From an uncultured Ruminococcus sp. (GTDB lineage Bacteria > Bacillota > Clostridia > Oscillospirales > CAG-272), in assembly GCA_964463375.1 (NCBI GenBank), contig CAYXBQ010000009.1, positions 11,887 to 75,886 of the forward strand: 64,000 bases of DNA, read 5' to 3'. The notes beneath the pieces were generated by a model that made no database searches, was not told where the DNA came from, and was given only the letters and a program-made list of their open reading frames with translations. Position 1 is the first letter of the stretch. Every line of letters begins with the position of its first letter. Positions 17,616 through 26,824 of the stretch are shown one piece after another. The position numbers and the translations under genes are program-made.

Positions 17616-17909
17616 ATGCTGGCAACCGTTGTTTTTGTAGATGTAAAGCCCGAATGCGTGGATGCGTTCGTGGAGATCACCAAATATAACCACGAGAACT
17701 CCCGCAAGGAGCCCGGCAACGTGCGCTTCGACGTGCTCCACGACAACAAGGACCCCAACAAGTTCCTGCTCTACGAGGTATATGTGGACGAAGAAGCCGC
17801 CGCTGCCCACAAGCAGACCGAGCATTATAACAAGTGGAGAGAGACCGTCGCACCTATGATGGCGACCCCCCGCTCCTCCATCCCCACCACACCCATCGCC
17901 TTTGACTGA
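17616..17909 (+). CDS. Antibiotic-biosynthesis-monooxygenase (ABM) / putative quinol monooxygenase family protein
   Basis: ~97 aa ferredoxin-like fold: VVFVDVKPECVDAFVEIT...SRKEPGNVRFDVL.D...PNKFLLYEVY.DEEA...H..T.H. It starts 16 nt after the VOC gene, with an AGGAGG SD. Confidence 0.8.
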   Translation: MLATVVFVDVKPECVDAFVEITKYNHENSRKEPGNVRFDVLHDNKDPNKFLLYEVYVDEEAAAAHKQTEHYNKWRETVAPMMATPRSSIPTTPIAFD

Positions 17910-17992
17910 TCAAAATTGTGCAGGCAATATTTGTGAAAGTTGACAAAAAAATCAGCAAAAAGACGAAACCCAACCGACCAAAACCCATGCAA

Positions 17993-18028
17993 AACGGCCT
18001 TGCCTATCCAGGTGGGGCTGTTTTTTTG
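17993..18028 (+). terminator. Probable intrinsic terminator ending the lexA-VOC-ABM unit
   Basis: AACGGCC (17993-17999) pairs with GGCTGTT (18016-18022), including one G.U pair. A T7 run follows (18021-18027). The stem is weak. Confidence 0.45.
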
Positions 18029-18281
18029 TTGCTTGCTCGACGCAAACGAGGTCGAAGGGCGGAAAACGGCGACAGAAAATAGGGGGACGACACGCAGGTT
18101 TGGGGAAAATGCCGGAAAAAATCGAATGAAATATGTACAAATCGTATTTATACACCAAAAAAGACTTGAAATTTCAAGCAGATTATAGTATAATAATACC
18201 AGAGTAAACCATATCCCGCCGGATCGCTTATGCATCTGCGGTACAGAAAAGCGAACAAACGGGAAAGTGAGGAAACGCTGT

Positions 18282-20384
18282 ATGACTGATAAAGCAAAGG
18301 ATAAAACCTGTCTGCCGGAGGAGATCCCGAAGACAGATGCTATAGAAAAGCCCAAGCGCAAACGAAAGAGCGCACCACCGGAACGACCGGAAACGGACAT
18401 ATCTGCGGCGGACATATCCGCACCGGAAATGACCGTGGATGAGAATGCACTGCCCGCCTATCTGTTCCACCAAGGCACCAACTACGAAGCCTGGCGTTAT
18501 TTGGGCGTACATGTGGTGCAGCAGGGAGGCAGCTACCACTATGTCTTTCGCACCTGGGCACCCAATGCACGTGCCGTTTCGGTGGTGGGCGACCTGACCG
18601 ACTGGGAGCGCGGCTTGCCTATGGAGCGGCGTACAGAGCAGGGTCTGTGGGAAGCGGAGCTTGACTGTGACAAAAGCTGGGAGGACACCTACTATAAATT
18701 CGCCATCACCGGGCGAGACGGTAAGACCTGGCTCAAAGCGGATCCCTATGCCACCTACGACGAGACCGGCGAGAAGACCGCCTCCATTATCCACACCGAG
18801 GGAAGCTACACCTGGCACGACGATCCATGGCGAAAGCAGCGGGAGCGCATCGTGTGTCCCCGGTACCGTGGCTTCAAGCCCCACACACAGCATTTCTACA
18901 GCGCACCCATGAACATCTACGAAGTGCATTTGGGCTCCTGGAAGACCATCGATGGAGAGTCCAACGTAGACGGTGCGCATTACCTGGACTACCGCACGCT
19001 GGCAGACAAGCTCTCCGAGTACCTGACCGATATGGGGTACACCCACGTGGAGCTGCTGCCGGTGATGGAGCATCCCTACGACGGCTCCTGGGGCTATCAG
19101 GTCTGCGGCTACTATGCACCGACCTCCCGCTACGGAAGCCCGGAGGATTTCAAATATTTTGTAGATACCATGCATCAAAAGGGCATTGGCGTGCTTTTGG
19201 ACTGGGTGCCTGCCCATTTCCCCAAGGATCGCCACGGCCTGTACGAATTCGATGGAGAGCCGCTGTACGAATACCAGGGCTGGGACCGGCAGGAGCATAA
19301 GGTCTGGGGCACCCGGTTCTTTGATCTGGGGCGGCCGGAGGTGCAGTCGTTCCTCATTTCCAACGCCCTGTACTGGCTCACGGAATTTCACATCGACGGA
19401 CTGCGGGTGGATGCCGTAGCTTCCATGCTGTACTTAGACTTTGACAAAAACCCCGGCGAATGGATCCCGGCACCGGATGGCTCCAATAAAAACCCCGAAG
19501 CCATCGCCTTCTGCCAAAAGCTCAATACCGTGATCCACGAGCGGTGTCCCGATGCCCTCATGATCGCCGAGGAATCCACCGACTGGCCCATGCTGACTAA
19601 ACCTGTGTCCGAGGGGGGACTTGGTTTCTCCTTCAAGTGGAATATGGGCTGGGCAAACGATATGTTCGAGTACGTGGGCTGCGACCCCATCGGCAGACAA
19701 TATATCCACAACAAGCTGACCTTCCCCTTGATGTACGCCTTCAACGAGAACTACATCCTACCCGTCTCCCACGATGAGGTAGTCCATGGAAAAAAATCCC
19801 TTGTGGACAAAATGTTCGGGGAGTACGATGATAAGTTTGCCTGCATGCGCACCTTCATGCTGTACATGATGACCATGCCCGGCAAAAAGCTCACCTTCAT
19901 GGGGACAGAGTTCGCCCAGTTCCGGGAATGGGACTACGAGAACCAGCTGGAATGGTTCATGATCGACTACCCCCGCCACGTGGAGATGCAGCGGTTCCTC
20001 CGAGCGCTGAATACATTATATAAAGAAAGCAACGCTCTCTGGGAGATCGACGACAGCTGGGACGGCTTTGCCTGGATCGACCCGGATCAGGACAAGACCA
20101 ATACACTGTCCTATCGCCGGCGAGATCGCCATGGTAAGGAGCTGATCGTGGTGCTGAATTTCTCCCCGGTGCTGCGGGAGGGCTATACGGTGGTGGTGCC
20201 GAAAATGGGACGCTACGAAGAGATCCTGACCACCGACCGGTACGAATTCGGCGGCAAAAACCACATCAACGAAAGCGGTGTCCGTACCTCCTACTTCACG
20301 GATGTGGACGGCACTAAGAAAAACCAGATCCAGATCACCCTCCCCAGCATGGGCGGTGTGGTGCTTCGCAAGGTCGTAAACTAA
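18282..20384 (+). CDS. glgB: 1,4-alpha-glucan branching enzyme
   Basis: GH13 branching-enzyme pattern (YEVHLGSW, GYTHVELLPV, DWVPAHF, GLRVDAVASM, EESTDWP, SHDEVVHGK). The start is assigned to ATG 18282 after a GAGGA SD. The promoter TTGAAA-17-TATAAT lies at about 18166-18194. Confidence 0.9.
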   Translation: MTDKAKDKTCLPEEIPKTDAIEKPKRKRKSAPPERPETDISAADISAPEMTVDENALPAYLFHQGTNYEAWRYLGVHVVQQGGSYHYVFRTWAPNARAVSVVGDLTDWERGLPMERRTEQGLWEAELDCDKSWEDTYYKFAITGRDGKTWLKADPYATYDETGEKTASIIHTEGSYTWHDDPWRKQRERIVCPRYRGFKPHTQHFYSAPMNIYEVHLGSWKTIDGESNVDGAHYLDYRTLADKLSEYLTDMGYTHVELLPVMEHPYDGSWGYQVCGYYAPTSRYGSPEDFKYFVDTMHQKGIGVLLDWVPAHFPKDRHGLYEFDGEPLYEYQGWDRQEHKVWGTRFFDLGRPEVQSFLISNALYWLTEFHIDGLRVDAVASMLYLDFDKNPGEWIPAPDGSNKNPEAIAFCQKLNTVIHERCPDALMIAEESTDWPMLTKPVSEGGLGFSFKWNMGWANDMFEYVGCDPIGRQYIHNKLTFPLMYAFNENYILPVSHDEVVHGKKSLVDKMFGEYDDKFACMRTFMLYMMTMPGKKLTFMGTEFAQFREWDYENQLEWFMIDYPRHVEMQRFLRALNTLYKESNALWEIDDSWDGFAWIDPDQDKTNTLSYRRRDRHGKELIVVLNFSPVLREGYTVVVPKMGRYEEILTTDRYEFGGKNHINESGVRTSYFTDVDGTKKNQIQITLPSMGGVVLRKVVN

Positions 20385-20434
20385 ATTGGTTTTATAAAAA
20401 TTAGAATATAAATATATGCTGTGAGGTGTAAATC

Positions 20435-21646
20435 ATGTATAAGAAGCAGGAGTGTGTGGCAATGCTGTTGGCTGGCGGGCAGGGAAGCCGTCTATACACA
20501 CTGACGGAGAAGACCGCAAAGCCCGCTGTCCCCTACGGCGGCAAGTACCGGATCATCGATTTTCCCATGTCCAACTGCGTGAATTCCGGCATCTATACCG
20601 TGGGCGTGCTGACCCAGTACCAGCCCCTGGTGCTCAACGAATACATAGGCAACGGTAGCCCCTGGGATCTGGACCGCGGCCAAAGCGGCGCAACGGTACT
20701 GCCCCCTTACCAGGGCAAGGATGGTGCGGACTGGTACAAGGGTACCGCCAACGCCATCTACCAGAACCTGAATTTCATCCGTCGCTATGACCCGGAATAT
20801 GTGCTGATCCTCTCCGGTGACCACATTTATAAAATGGACTACAACCGTATGCTGGAGGCACACAAGGCCAAAAACGCCGACTGCACCATCGCCGTACTGG
20901 AGGTGAGCCTGGAAGAGGCAAGCCGGTTTGGCATCATGAACACCGACGACCAGATGCGGATCTTAGAGTTTGAAGAAAAGCCCAAGGTACCGAAAAGCAC
21001 CAAGGCATCCATGGGGATATACATTTTCAACCGTGAACTGTTGGAGCGGTACCTGATCGAGGACGAAGCGGATCCCGCCTCCTCCAAGGACTTCGGCAAA
21101 AATATCATCCCCCGCATGCTGGAGGACGGACGCAGAATGTACGCCTACCCCTTCAAGGGCTATTGGAAGGACGTAGGGACCATCCAGTCTCTGTGGGAAG
21201 CCAATATGGATCTGCTGGACGAGGATACCGCCTTAGACCTGGCCGACCGGGAATGGCGCATCTACTCCCGGAACAACGCCGTCCCGCCCCATTTCGTAGG
21301 AAACTACGCCAAGATCACCGGCTCCTTGATCACCGAAGGCTGTGAGATCGAAGGGATCGTGGAGAACTCCGTGCTGGCAAGCGGTGTCAAGGTGGCCCGT
21401 GGTGCCTACATCAAGGATGCCGTGATCCATTCCGGTGTGACCATTGGAGAAGGTGCCACTGTGAACTATTCCATCATCGACAGCGATACCACCATTGGTG
21501 CCGGTGCTGTGGTGGGTAGGACCCGCAGCGCAGACGAAAAGATCACCGTGGTGGGCTCGGATCTGACCATTTTGCCCGGCACCGATATTCCCGGCGGCAG
21601 CATGGTGGATCGGACGTGGCTGGAAGCAAACAAGACGGAAAAGTGA
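20435..21646 (+). CDS. glgC: Glucose-1-phosphate adenylyltransferase
   Basis: [11 protein letters not shown]...[16 protein letters not shown], and YWKDVGT. Confidence 0.95.
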   Translation: MYKKQECVAMLLAGGQGSRLYTLTEKTAKPAVPYGGKYRIIDFPMSNCVNSGIYTVGVLTQYQPLVLNEYIGNGSPWDLDRGQSGATVLPPYQGKDGADWYKGTANAIYQNLNFIRRYDPEYVLILSGDHIYKMDYNRMLEAHKAKNADCTIAVLEVSLEEASRFGIMNTDDQMRILEFEEKPKVPKSTKASMGIYIFNRELLERYLIEDEADPASSKDFGKNIIPRMLEDGRRMYAYPFKGYWKDVGTIQSLWEANMDLLDEDTALDLADREWRIYSRNNAVPPHFVGNYAKITGSLITEGCEIEGIVENSVLASGVKVARGAYIKDAVIHSGVTIGEGATVNYSIIDSDTTIGAGAVVGRTRSADEKITVVGSDLTILPGTDIPGGSMVDRTWLEANKTEK

Positions 21647-21673
21647 ATCGGAAGAAAGGATGAATAACGAGAT

Positions 21674-22807
21674 ATGTCTGCAACTGGTATTATTTTTTCC
21701 AACATACATGACAACAATATTCCGGAGCTGACCCGGCTGCGTACCATCGCCTCGGTGCCCTTTGCCTGCCGGTATCGGCTCATCGACTTTACGCTGTCCA
21801 ATATGGTAAACTCGAACATTTTCAATATAGACCTGATCACGCACCTGAACTATCACTCCCTCATGGATCACATCGGTTCCGGTAAGGACTGGGATCTGGC
21901 AAGACGCTCCGGTGGTATCAAGATCCTGCCGCCCTACATCACCGCCTATGCCAGTGCCTCGAACAACCAGTACCAGACCCGTCTGGAGGCACTGAAGGGT
22001 GTGAGCCACTCTATCCAGATGATCACGGACGAATACGTGGTGCTGTCCGACTGCGACGTGATCTGCAACGTGGATTTCAACGACATCATCGACTACCACA
22101 TCAAGACCAACGCCGACATCACGGTGGCGGTGAAGACCATGGAGCTGACCCCGGAGCAGGCACGGATCAATGTGCTGTACACCTCCGACGAAGAAGGCCG
22201 GATCACAGATATTCTGTCCTATCCCACCAACTTCAGCGGTCAGGCAGACGTGTCCTTGAACATCGTAGTGATGAATACGAAATATTTGCAGGAGCTGGTG
22301 CTGGATGCGGTGGCGCACAACTACGTGAGCATGACCCGAGACATCATGGCACGGAACCGGAAGCACATGAACTACCGGGTATACAAATACGACGGCTACT
22401 TTGCCACCATCACTTCCTTTGCAGAATATTACGCACACAGCATGAATCTGCTGACCGATCCGGCGGCACGTGCGGCGCTGTTCAACGTGAAGAACCGCCC
22501 CATCTACACCAAGGTACGTAACTCCGTTCCCACCAACTACGGCCAGAATGCCATGGTGAAAAATTCCATGATCGCCGACGGCTGCGACATCCAGGGGACG
22601 GTGGAGAACTGCATCCTGTTCCGTGGGGTCAAGATCGGCCGCAATGCCACGGTGAAAAACTGCATCCTCATGCAGGACACCATCGTTGGCGACGGCGCAT
22701 TCCTGAACCATGTGATCACCGACAAAAACGCCGTGGTGCGGGACAATCGTATGTTGGCCGGTGCCGATGTACAGCCGTTCTACATCACCAAAGGGAAAAT
22801 GATCTAA
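21674..22807 (+). CDS. glgD: Glucose-1-phosphate adenylyltransferase subunit GlgD
   Basis: A GlgC paralogue lacking the GGxGxRL motif (GIIFSNIHDNNIPELT..RT.ASVPFACRYRLIDF). It sits between glgC and glgA, as in Bacillus. Confidence 0.85.
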   Translation: MSATGIIFSNIHDNNIPELTRLRTIASVPFACRYRLIDFTLSNMVNSNIFNIDLITHLNYHSLMDHIGSGKDWDLARRSGGIKILPPYITAYASASNNQYQTRLEALKGVSHSIQMITDEYVVLSDCDVICNVDFNDIIDYHIKTNADITVAVKTMELTPEQARINVLYTSDEEGRITDILSYPTNFSGQADVSLNIVVMNTKYLQELVLDAVAHNYVSMTRDIMARNRKHMNYRVYKYDGYFATITSFAEYYAHSMNLLTDPAARAALFNVKNRPIYTKVRNSVPTNYGQNAMVKNSMIADGCDIQGTVENCILFRGVKIGRNATVKNCILMQDTIVGDGAFLNHVITDKNAVVRDNRMLAGADVQPFYITKGKMI

Positions 22808-22831
22808 CTGTAATTTAGCGAGGGTATGATT

Positions 22832-24268
22832 ATGAAAATTCTCTATGCTGCATCGGAAGCGTTACCCTTTGCCTCCACAGGCGGTCTGGCTGATGTGGTT
22901 GGCTCACTGCCGGGAGCGGTGAAAAAAGAGCTGGGCAAGGACGCGGACATTCGAGTGGTCATCCCGCTGTATCCGTCCATCCGGCAAAAATTCGCCGAGG
23001 AGATCGAGCTGATCTGTGAAATGAACGTAAAGCTTGCCTGGCGAAACCAATACTGCGGGATCTGGCAGACCAAGCGGGACGGCGTGACCTTCTACTTTAT
23101 CGATAACGAATATTATTTCAACCGTGCGGCTCTGTACGGCTCCTTCGACGATGGGGAACGGTTTGCGTATTTCGGCAAGGCGATACTGGAGCTGATGGCG
23201 GCGGTGGACTTCTATCCCGATGTGCTGCACGCCAACGACTGGCAAACGGCTCCCGCTGTGATCTACCTGAAGCGGAAGTACGCCCATCTGGAGGCCTACC
23301 AAAAGATCCGCACCCTGTTCACCATCCACAACATCGACTATCAGGGTATCTATGATTTCACCATCTTAGGCGACGTGTTCGAGCTGGCGGAGTGGGATAG
23401 AAATATCGTGGAATACAACGGCTGCATCAATCTGCTCAAGGGAGCCATCGTGTGTGCCGATCAGGTCAGCACCGTCAGCAGCCGCTATGCCGACGAGATC
23501 CTGACCGAATACTATGCCAGCGGTCTGCACTATATCCTGCGTGCCAGCGAAGACAAGCTGTGCGGCATCGTGAACGGCATCGATGTGGACTACTATAATG
23601 CCGAAAAAGACCCGGAGATCGCCGCCAACTTTACCGTAGAAGATCTCTCCGGCAAGGCAGCGTGCAAAGAAAAATTGGAGGAGATCTGCGGTTTCCAGCA
23701 TGACGAGAGTGCCCCCATCGTAGCCATGGTGTCTCGGCTGGCATCCCACAAGGGCTTTGATCTGGTGACCCGTGTGATCGACGAAATACTCACGGAGACA
23801 AATATCCGTTTTGCGCTGCTGGGTACCGGTGAGAGTGCGCTGGAGGACTTCTTCACCCACCTGACCGAGCGTTTCCCCGGCCGTGTCTGCGTGAAGTTAG
23901 AGTACAACAAATCCCTGTCCAAGGCGTTCTATGCGGGTGCTGATATGTTCCTCATGCCCTCCAAGAGCGAACCCTGCGGACTGGCCCAGATGATCGCATC
24001 CCGGTACGGCACCGTGCCGATCGTGCGGGAGACCGGCGGGCTCTACGACACCATCCATCCCTACAATGCAGAGACCGGAGAGGGCAACGGCTTCACCTTT
24101 GCCAACTACAATGCCCACGATATGAAGCACGTGGTGGAAATGGCGGCAGCGCTGTTCACAACGGAGCCGGAAAAGTGGCTGGATTTGGTGAAAAACGTCA
24201 TGAAAGTGGATTTTTCGTGGAGCGTTTCAGCAAAAAAATATATTGCTATTTATAACAAATTGCAGTAA
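22832..24268 (+). CDS. glgA: Glycogen synthase (ADP-glucose type)
   Basis: MKILYAASEALPFASTGGLADV, HANDWQTA, and PSKSEPCGLAQM. GAGGGT SD lies 6 nt upstream of ATG 22832. Confidence 0.95.
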   Translation: MKILYAASEALPFASTGGLADVVGSLPGAVKKELGKDADIRVVIPLYPSIRQKFAEEIELICEMNVKLAWRNQYCGIWQTKRDGVTFYFIDNEYYFNRAALYGSFDDGERFAYFGKAILELMAAVDFYPDVLHANDWQTAPAVIYLKRKYAHLEAYQKIRTLFTIHNIDYQGIYDFTILGDVFELAEWDRNIVEYNGCINLLKGAIVCADQVSTVSSRYADEILTEYYASGLHYILRASEDKLCGIVNGIDVDYYNAEKDPEIAANFTVEDLSGKAACKEKLEEICGFQHDESAPIVAMVSRLASHKGFDLVTRVIDEILTETNIRFALLGTGESALEDFFTHLTERFPGRVCVKLEYNKSLSKAFYAGADMFLMPSKSEPCGLAQMIASRYGTVPIVRETGGLYDTIHPYNAETGEGNGFTFANYNAHDMKHVVEMAAALFTTEPEKWLDLVKNVMKVDFSWSVSAKKYIAIYNKLQ

Positions 24269-24319
24269 AATAATATGGATGTGATTTGTGGGTTTCCCCT
24301 CACACGCCAATCGGAAAAC

Positions 24320-24346
24320 GGCAGACACAGCATCTGCCTTTTCTGG
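24320..24346 (+). terminator. Intrinsic terminator or attenuator between glgA and glgP
   Basis: GGCAGA (24320-24325) pairs with TCTGCC (24333-24338). TTTTCT follows. Confidence 0.6.
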
Positions 24347-24400
24347 TTTTCCGGGGGATCCGCACCACGTACCCAAACCGAAAGGAAACAATATAGAATT

Positions 24401-26821
24401 ATGTACACCATCACAGAACCCCAAATCGAAGAAGCCCTGCGTACCAAGCTGGCTCGATACTTTGGTGTGAAGCCGGAGGAAGCCGACCCGGAGCAGATAT
24501 ACAAAGCCACCCTCATGAGCGTGAAGGATATCCTCACCGAAAAGAGACAGGATTTCCATGAGAAGGCAAAGAAGCAAAGACCCAAAAAGGTCTACTACCT
24601 GTGCATGGAATTTCTCATCGGCCCTTCTCTGCGGAACAACCTGATGAACCTGGGGCTGGCGGACAGCTATCGGCAGGTGCTGTCCCGGATGGGCTATGAC
24701 CTGGACGACATCTACGAAATGGAACCGGATCCGGGTCTGGGTAACGGCGGTCTGGGACGACTGGCTGCCTGCTTCATGGATGCCCTGACCGCACAGAACT
24801 ACCACGCCACCGGCTTCTCCATTTGTTATGAATATGGTCTGTTCAAGCAAAAGATCATCGATGGCAACCAGGTGGAGCTGCCGGACAGCTGGATGAGCGG
24901 GGGAGACACCTGGCTGGTGCCCCGTACCGACAAGGCCTTTGACATCCATTTAGGCGGTACTGTGAAGGAAGAATGGAAGGACGGCAAGTGCGCCATTTCC
25001 TACGACAACGACGAGGTGGTTCGGGCAGTCCCCTACGATATGATGATCTCCGGCGCAGACTGCGAGGCAGTGAACGTGCTGCGGCTGTGGAAGGCTGTGG
25101 ACACCAGCCAGTTTAATATGGCACTGTTCTCCCAGGGGCAGTACGTGCAGGCCATGGAGGCCTCCTCCAACGCTGAGGTGATCTCCAAGGTGCTGTATCC
25201 CTCTGACGACCATGACGAAGGCAAGCTCCTGCGCCTGACCCAGCAGTATTTCTTAGTGTCTGCGTCCCTGCAAAGCATCATCAGCGACCACCTGACCGCC
25301 TACGGTACCCTGTACAACTTTGCCGACAAGGTAGCCATCCACATCAACGACACCCACCCGGCACTGGTGATCCCGGAGCTGATGCGGATCCTCATGGACG
25401 TGTACTCCTACTCCTGGGATGCCGCCTGGAACGTGGTGACCAAGGTCGTGTCCTACACCAACCATACGGTACTGCCGGAAGCACTGGAAAAGTGGAATGT
25501 ATACCTGTTCCGCATGAAGCTGCCCCGGATCTATATGATCATCGAGGAGATCAACCGGCGGCTGTGTGCGGACCTGTGGAATATGTACCCCGGCGACTGG
25601 GACCGGATCTCCCGCATGGCCATCGTGGGCTATTCCCAGGTGCGCATGGCAAACCTCAGCGTGGCAGCCTCCCATACGGTCAACGGCGTGTCGGCACTCC
25701 ATTCCGACATCCTGAAAAAGACGGTGTTCCACGACTACTACAAAGCCATGCCGTATAAATTTACAAATGTAACAAACGGGATCGCCCACCGGCGTTGGCT
25801 GTGCTATTCCAATCCGGGTCTGTCCGCATTGCTGGATGAGACCATCGGCACCGACTACCGCAAGCAGCCGGAGACCCTTTCTGCCTTCAAAAAGTACGAA
25901 AACGACGAGGGCATTCTGCAAAGACTGCAGGAGATCAAAGCCGAGAACAAGCTGGAACTATCTAAATATGTGTTCAACAAGACCGGCATCGCACTGGATG
26001 TAGGTTCCGTGTTCGACGTGCAGGTGAAGCGGATGCATGAGTACAAGAGACAGCTGCTCAATGTGCTCAAGATCATCACCCTGTACAACGAGATCAGAGA
26101 GAATCCCAATGGGGACTATACCCCCAGTACCTTCATCTTCGGCGGCAAGGCAGCACCGGGTTACTATATGGCCAAGGACATCATCAAGCTGATCTGGAGC
26201 TTAGGGGAAGAGATCCGCAAGGATAAAAAGGTGCGTGAGCTGCTGCAGGTGCTGTATCTGGAGGATTACAACGTCAGCACTGCCGAGGTACTCATGCCTG
26301 CCTCCGACATCAGCGAACAGATCAGTTTGGCCGGCAAGGAGGCCAGCGGTACCGGCTGCATGAAATTCATGATCAACGGTGCCTTGACCATTGGTACTTT
26401 GGATGGTGCCAACGTGGAAATGAAGGAAGCGGTGGGAGACGACAACATCTTCATCTTCGGCTTGAACGCAGAGGAAGTGGACAGCTTGTGGCGGCAGGGC
26501 TATTCGTCTCGGCTGTACTACGACACCAACGAACGGCTGCGCTCCACCATCGATCGGCTGAGAGGCAGCTTTGCCGGAAACAGCTTCCACGATATGGTGG
26601 GCTATTTCCTGTACAGCCACGGCGTGTCCGACCCCTATATGTGTCTGGCCGACTACGAATCCTATATGAACGAATACGCCCGCATGCTGCAGGTATACCG
26701 GGATAAGACCGTGTGGACGAAGAAGTCTCTGGTCAATATCGCCGGTGCCGGATTCTTTGCCGCCGACCGCAGCATCCGGGAATACGCCGAAAACATCTGG
26801 CACACCACGCCGGTACGGTGA
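24401..26821 (+). CDS. glgP: Glycogen/maltodextrin phosphorylase
   Basis: GT35 pattern: YYLCMEFLIG, GLGNGGLGRLAAC, INDTHPAL, TNHTVLPEALE, GGKAAPGY, SLAGKEASGTGCMKFMINGA. The start is assigned to ATG 24401. Confidence 0.95.
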   Translation: MYTITEPQIEEALRTKLARYFGVKPEEADPEQIYKATLMSVKDILTEKRQDFHEKAKKQRPKKVYYLCMEFLIGPSLRNNLMNLGLADSYRQVLSRMGYDLDDIYEMEPDPGLGNGGLGRLAACFMDALTAQNYHATGFSICYEYGLFKQKIIDGNQVELPDSWMSGGDTWLVPRTDKAFDIHLGGTVKEEWKDGKCAISYDNDEVVRAVPYDMMISGADCEAVNVLRLWKAVDTSQFNMALFSQGQYVQAMEASSNAEVISKVLYPSDDHDEGKLLRLTQQYFLVSASLQSIISDHLTAYGTLYNFADKVAIHINDTHPALVIPELMRILMDVYSYSWDAAWNVVTKVVSYTNHTVLPEALEKWNVYLFRMKLPRIYMIIEEINRRLCADLWNMYPGDWDRISRMAIVGYSQVRMANLSVAASHTVNGVSALHSDILKKTVFHDYYKAMPYKFTNVTNGIAHRRWLCYSNPGLSALLDETIGTDYRKQPETLSAFKKYENDEGILQRLQEIKAENKLELSKYVFNKTGIALDVGSVFDVQVKRMHEYKRQLLNVLKIITLYNEIRENPNGDYTPSTFIFGGKAAPGYYMAKDIIKLIWSLGEEIRKDKKVRELLQVLYLEDYNVSTAEVLMPASDISEQISLAGKEASGTGCMKFMINGALTIGTLDGANVEMKEAVGDDNIFIFGLNAEEVDSLWRQGYSSRLYYDTNERLRSTIDRLRGSFAGNSFHDMVGYFLYSHGVSDPYMCLADYESYMNEYARMLQVYRDKTVWTKKSLVNIAGAGFFAADRSIREYAENIWHTTPVR

Positions 26822-26824
26822 TCC

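Noticed and set aside
18028-18165. A purine-rich (GGAAAA-rich) spacer upstream of the glgB promoter, considered as a possible sRNA or riboswitch
   Set aside because: I could find no promoter, terminator or stable strand-specific structure, and no match to any riboswitch class I can recognise.
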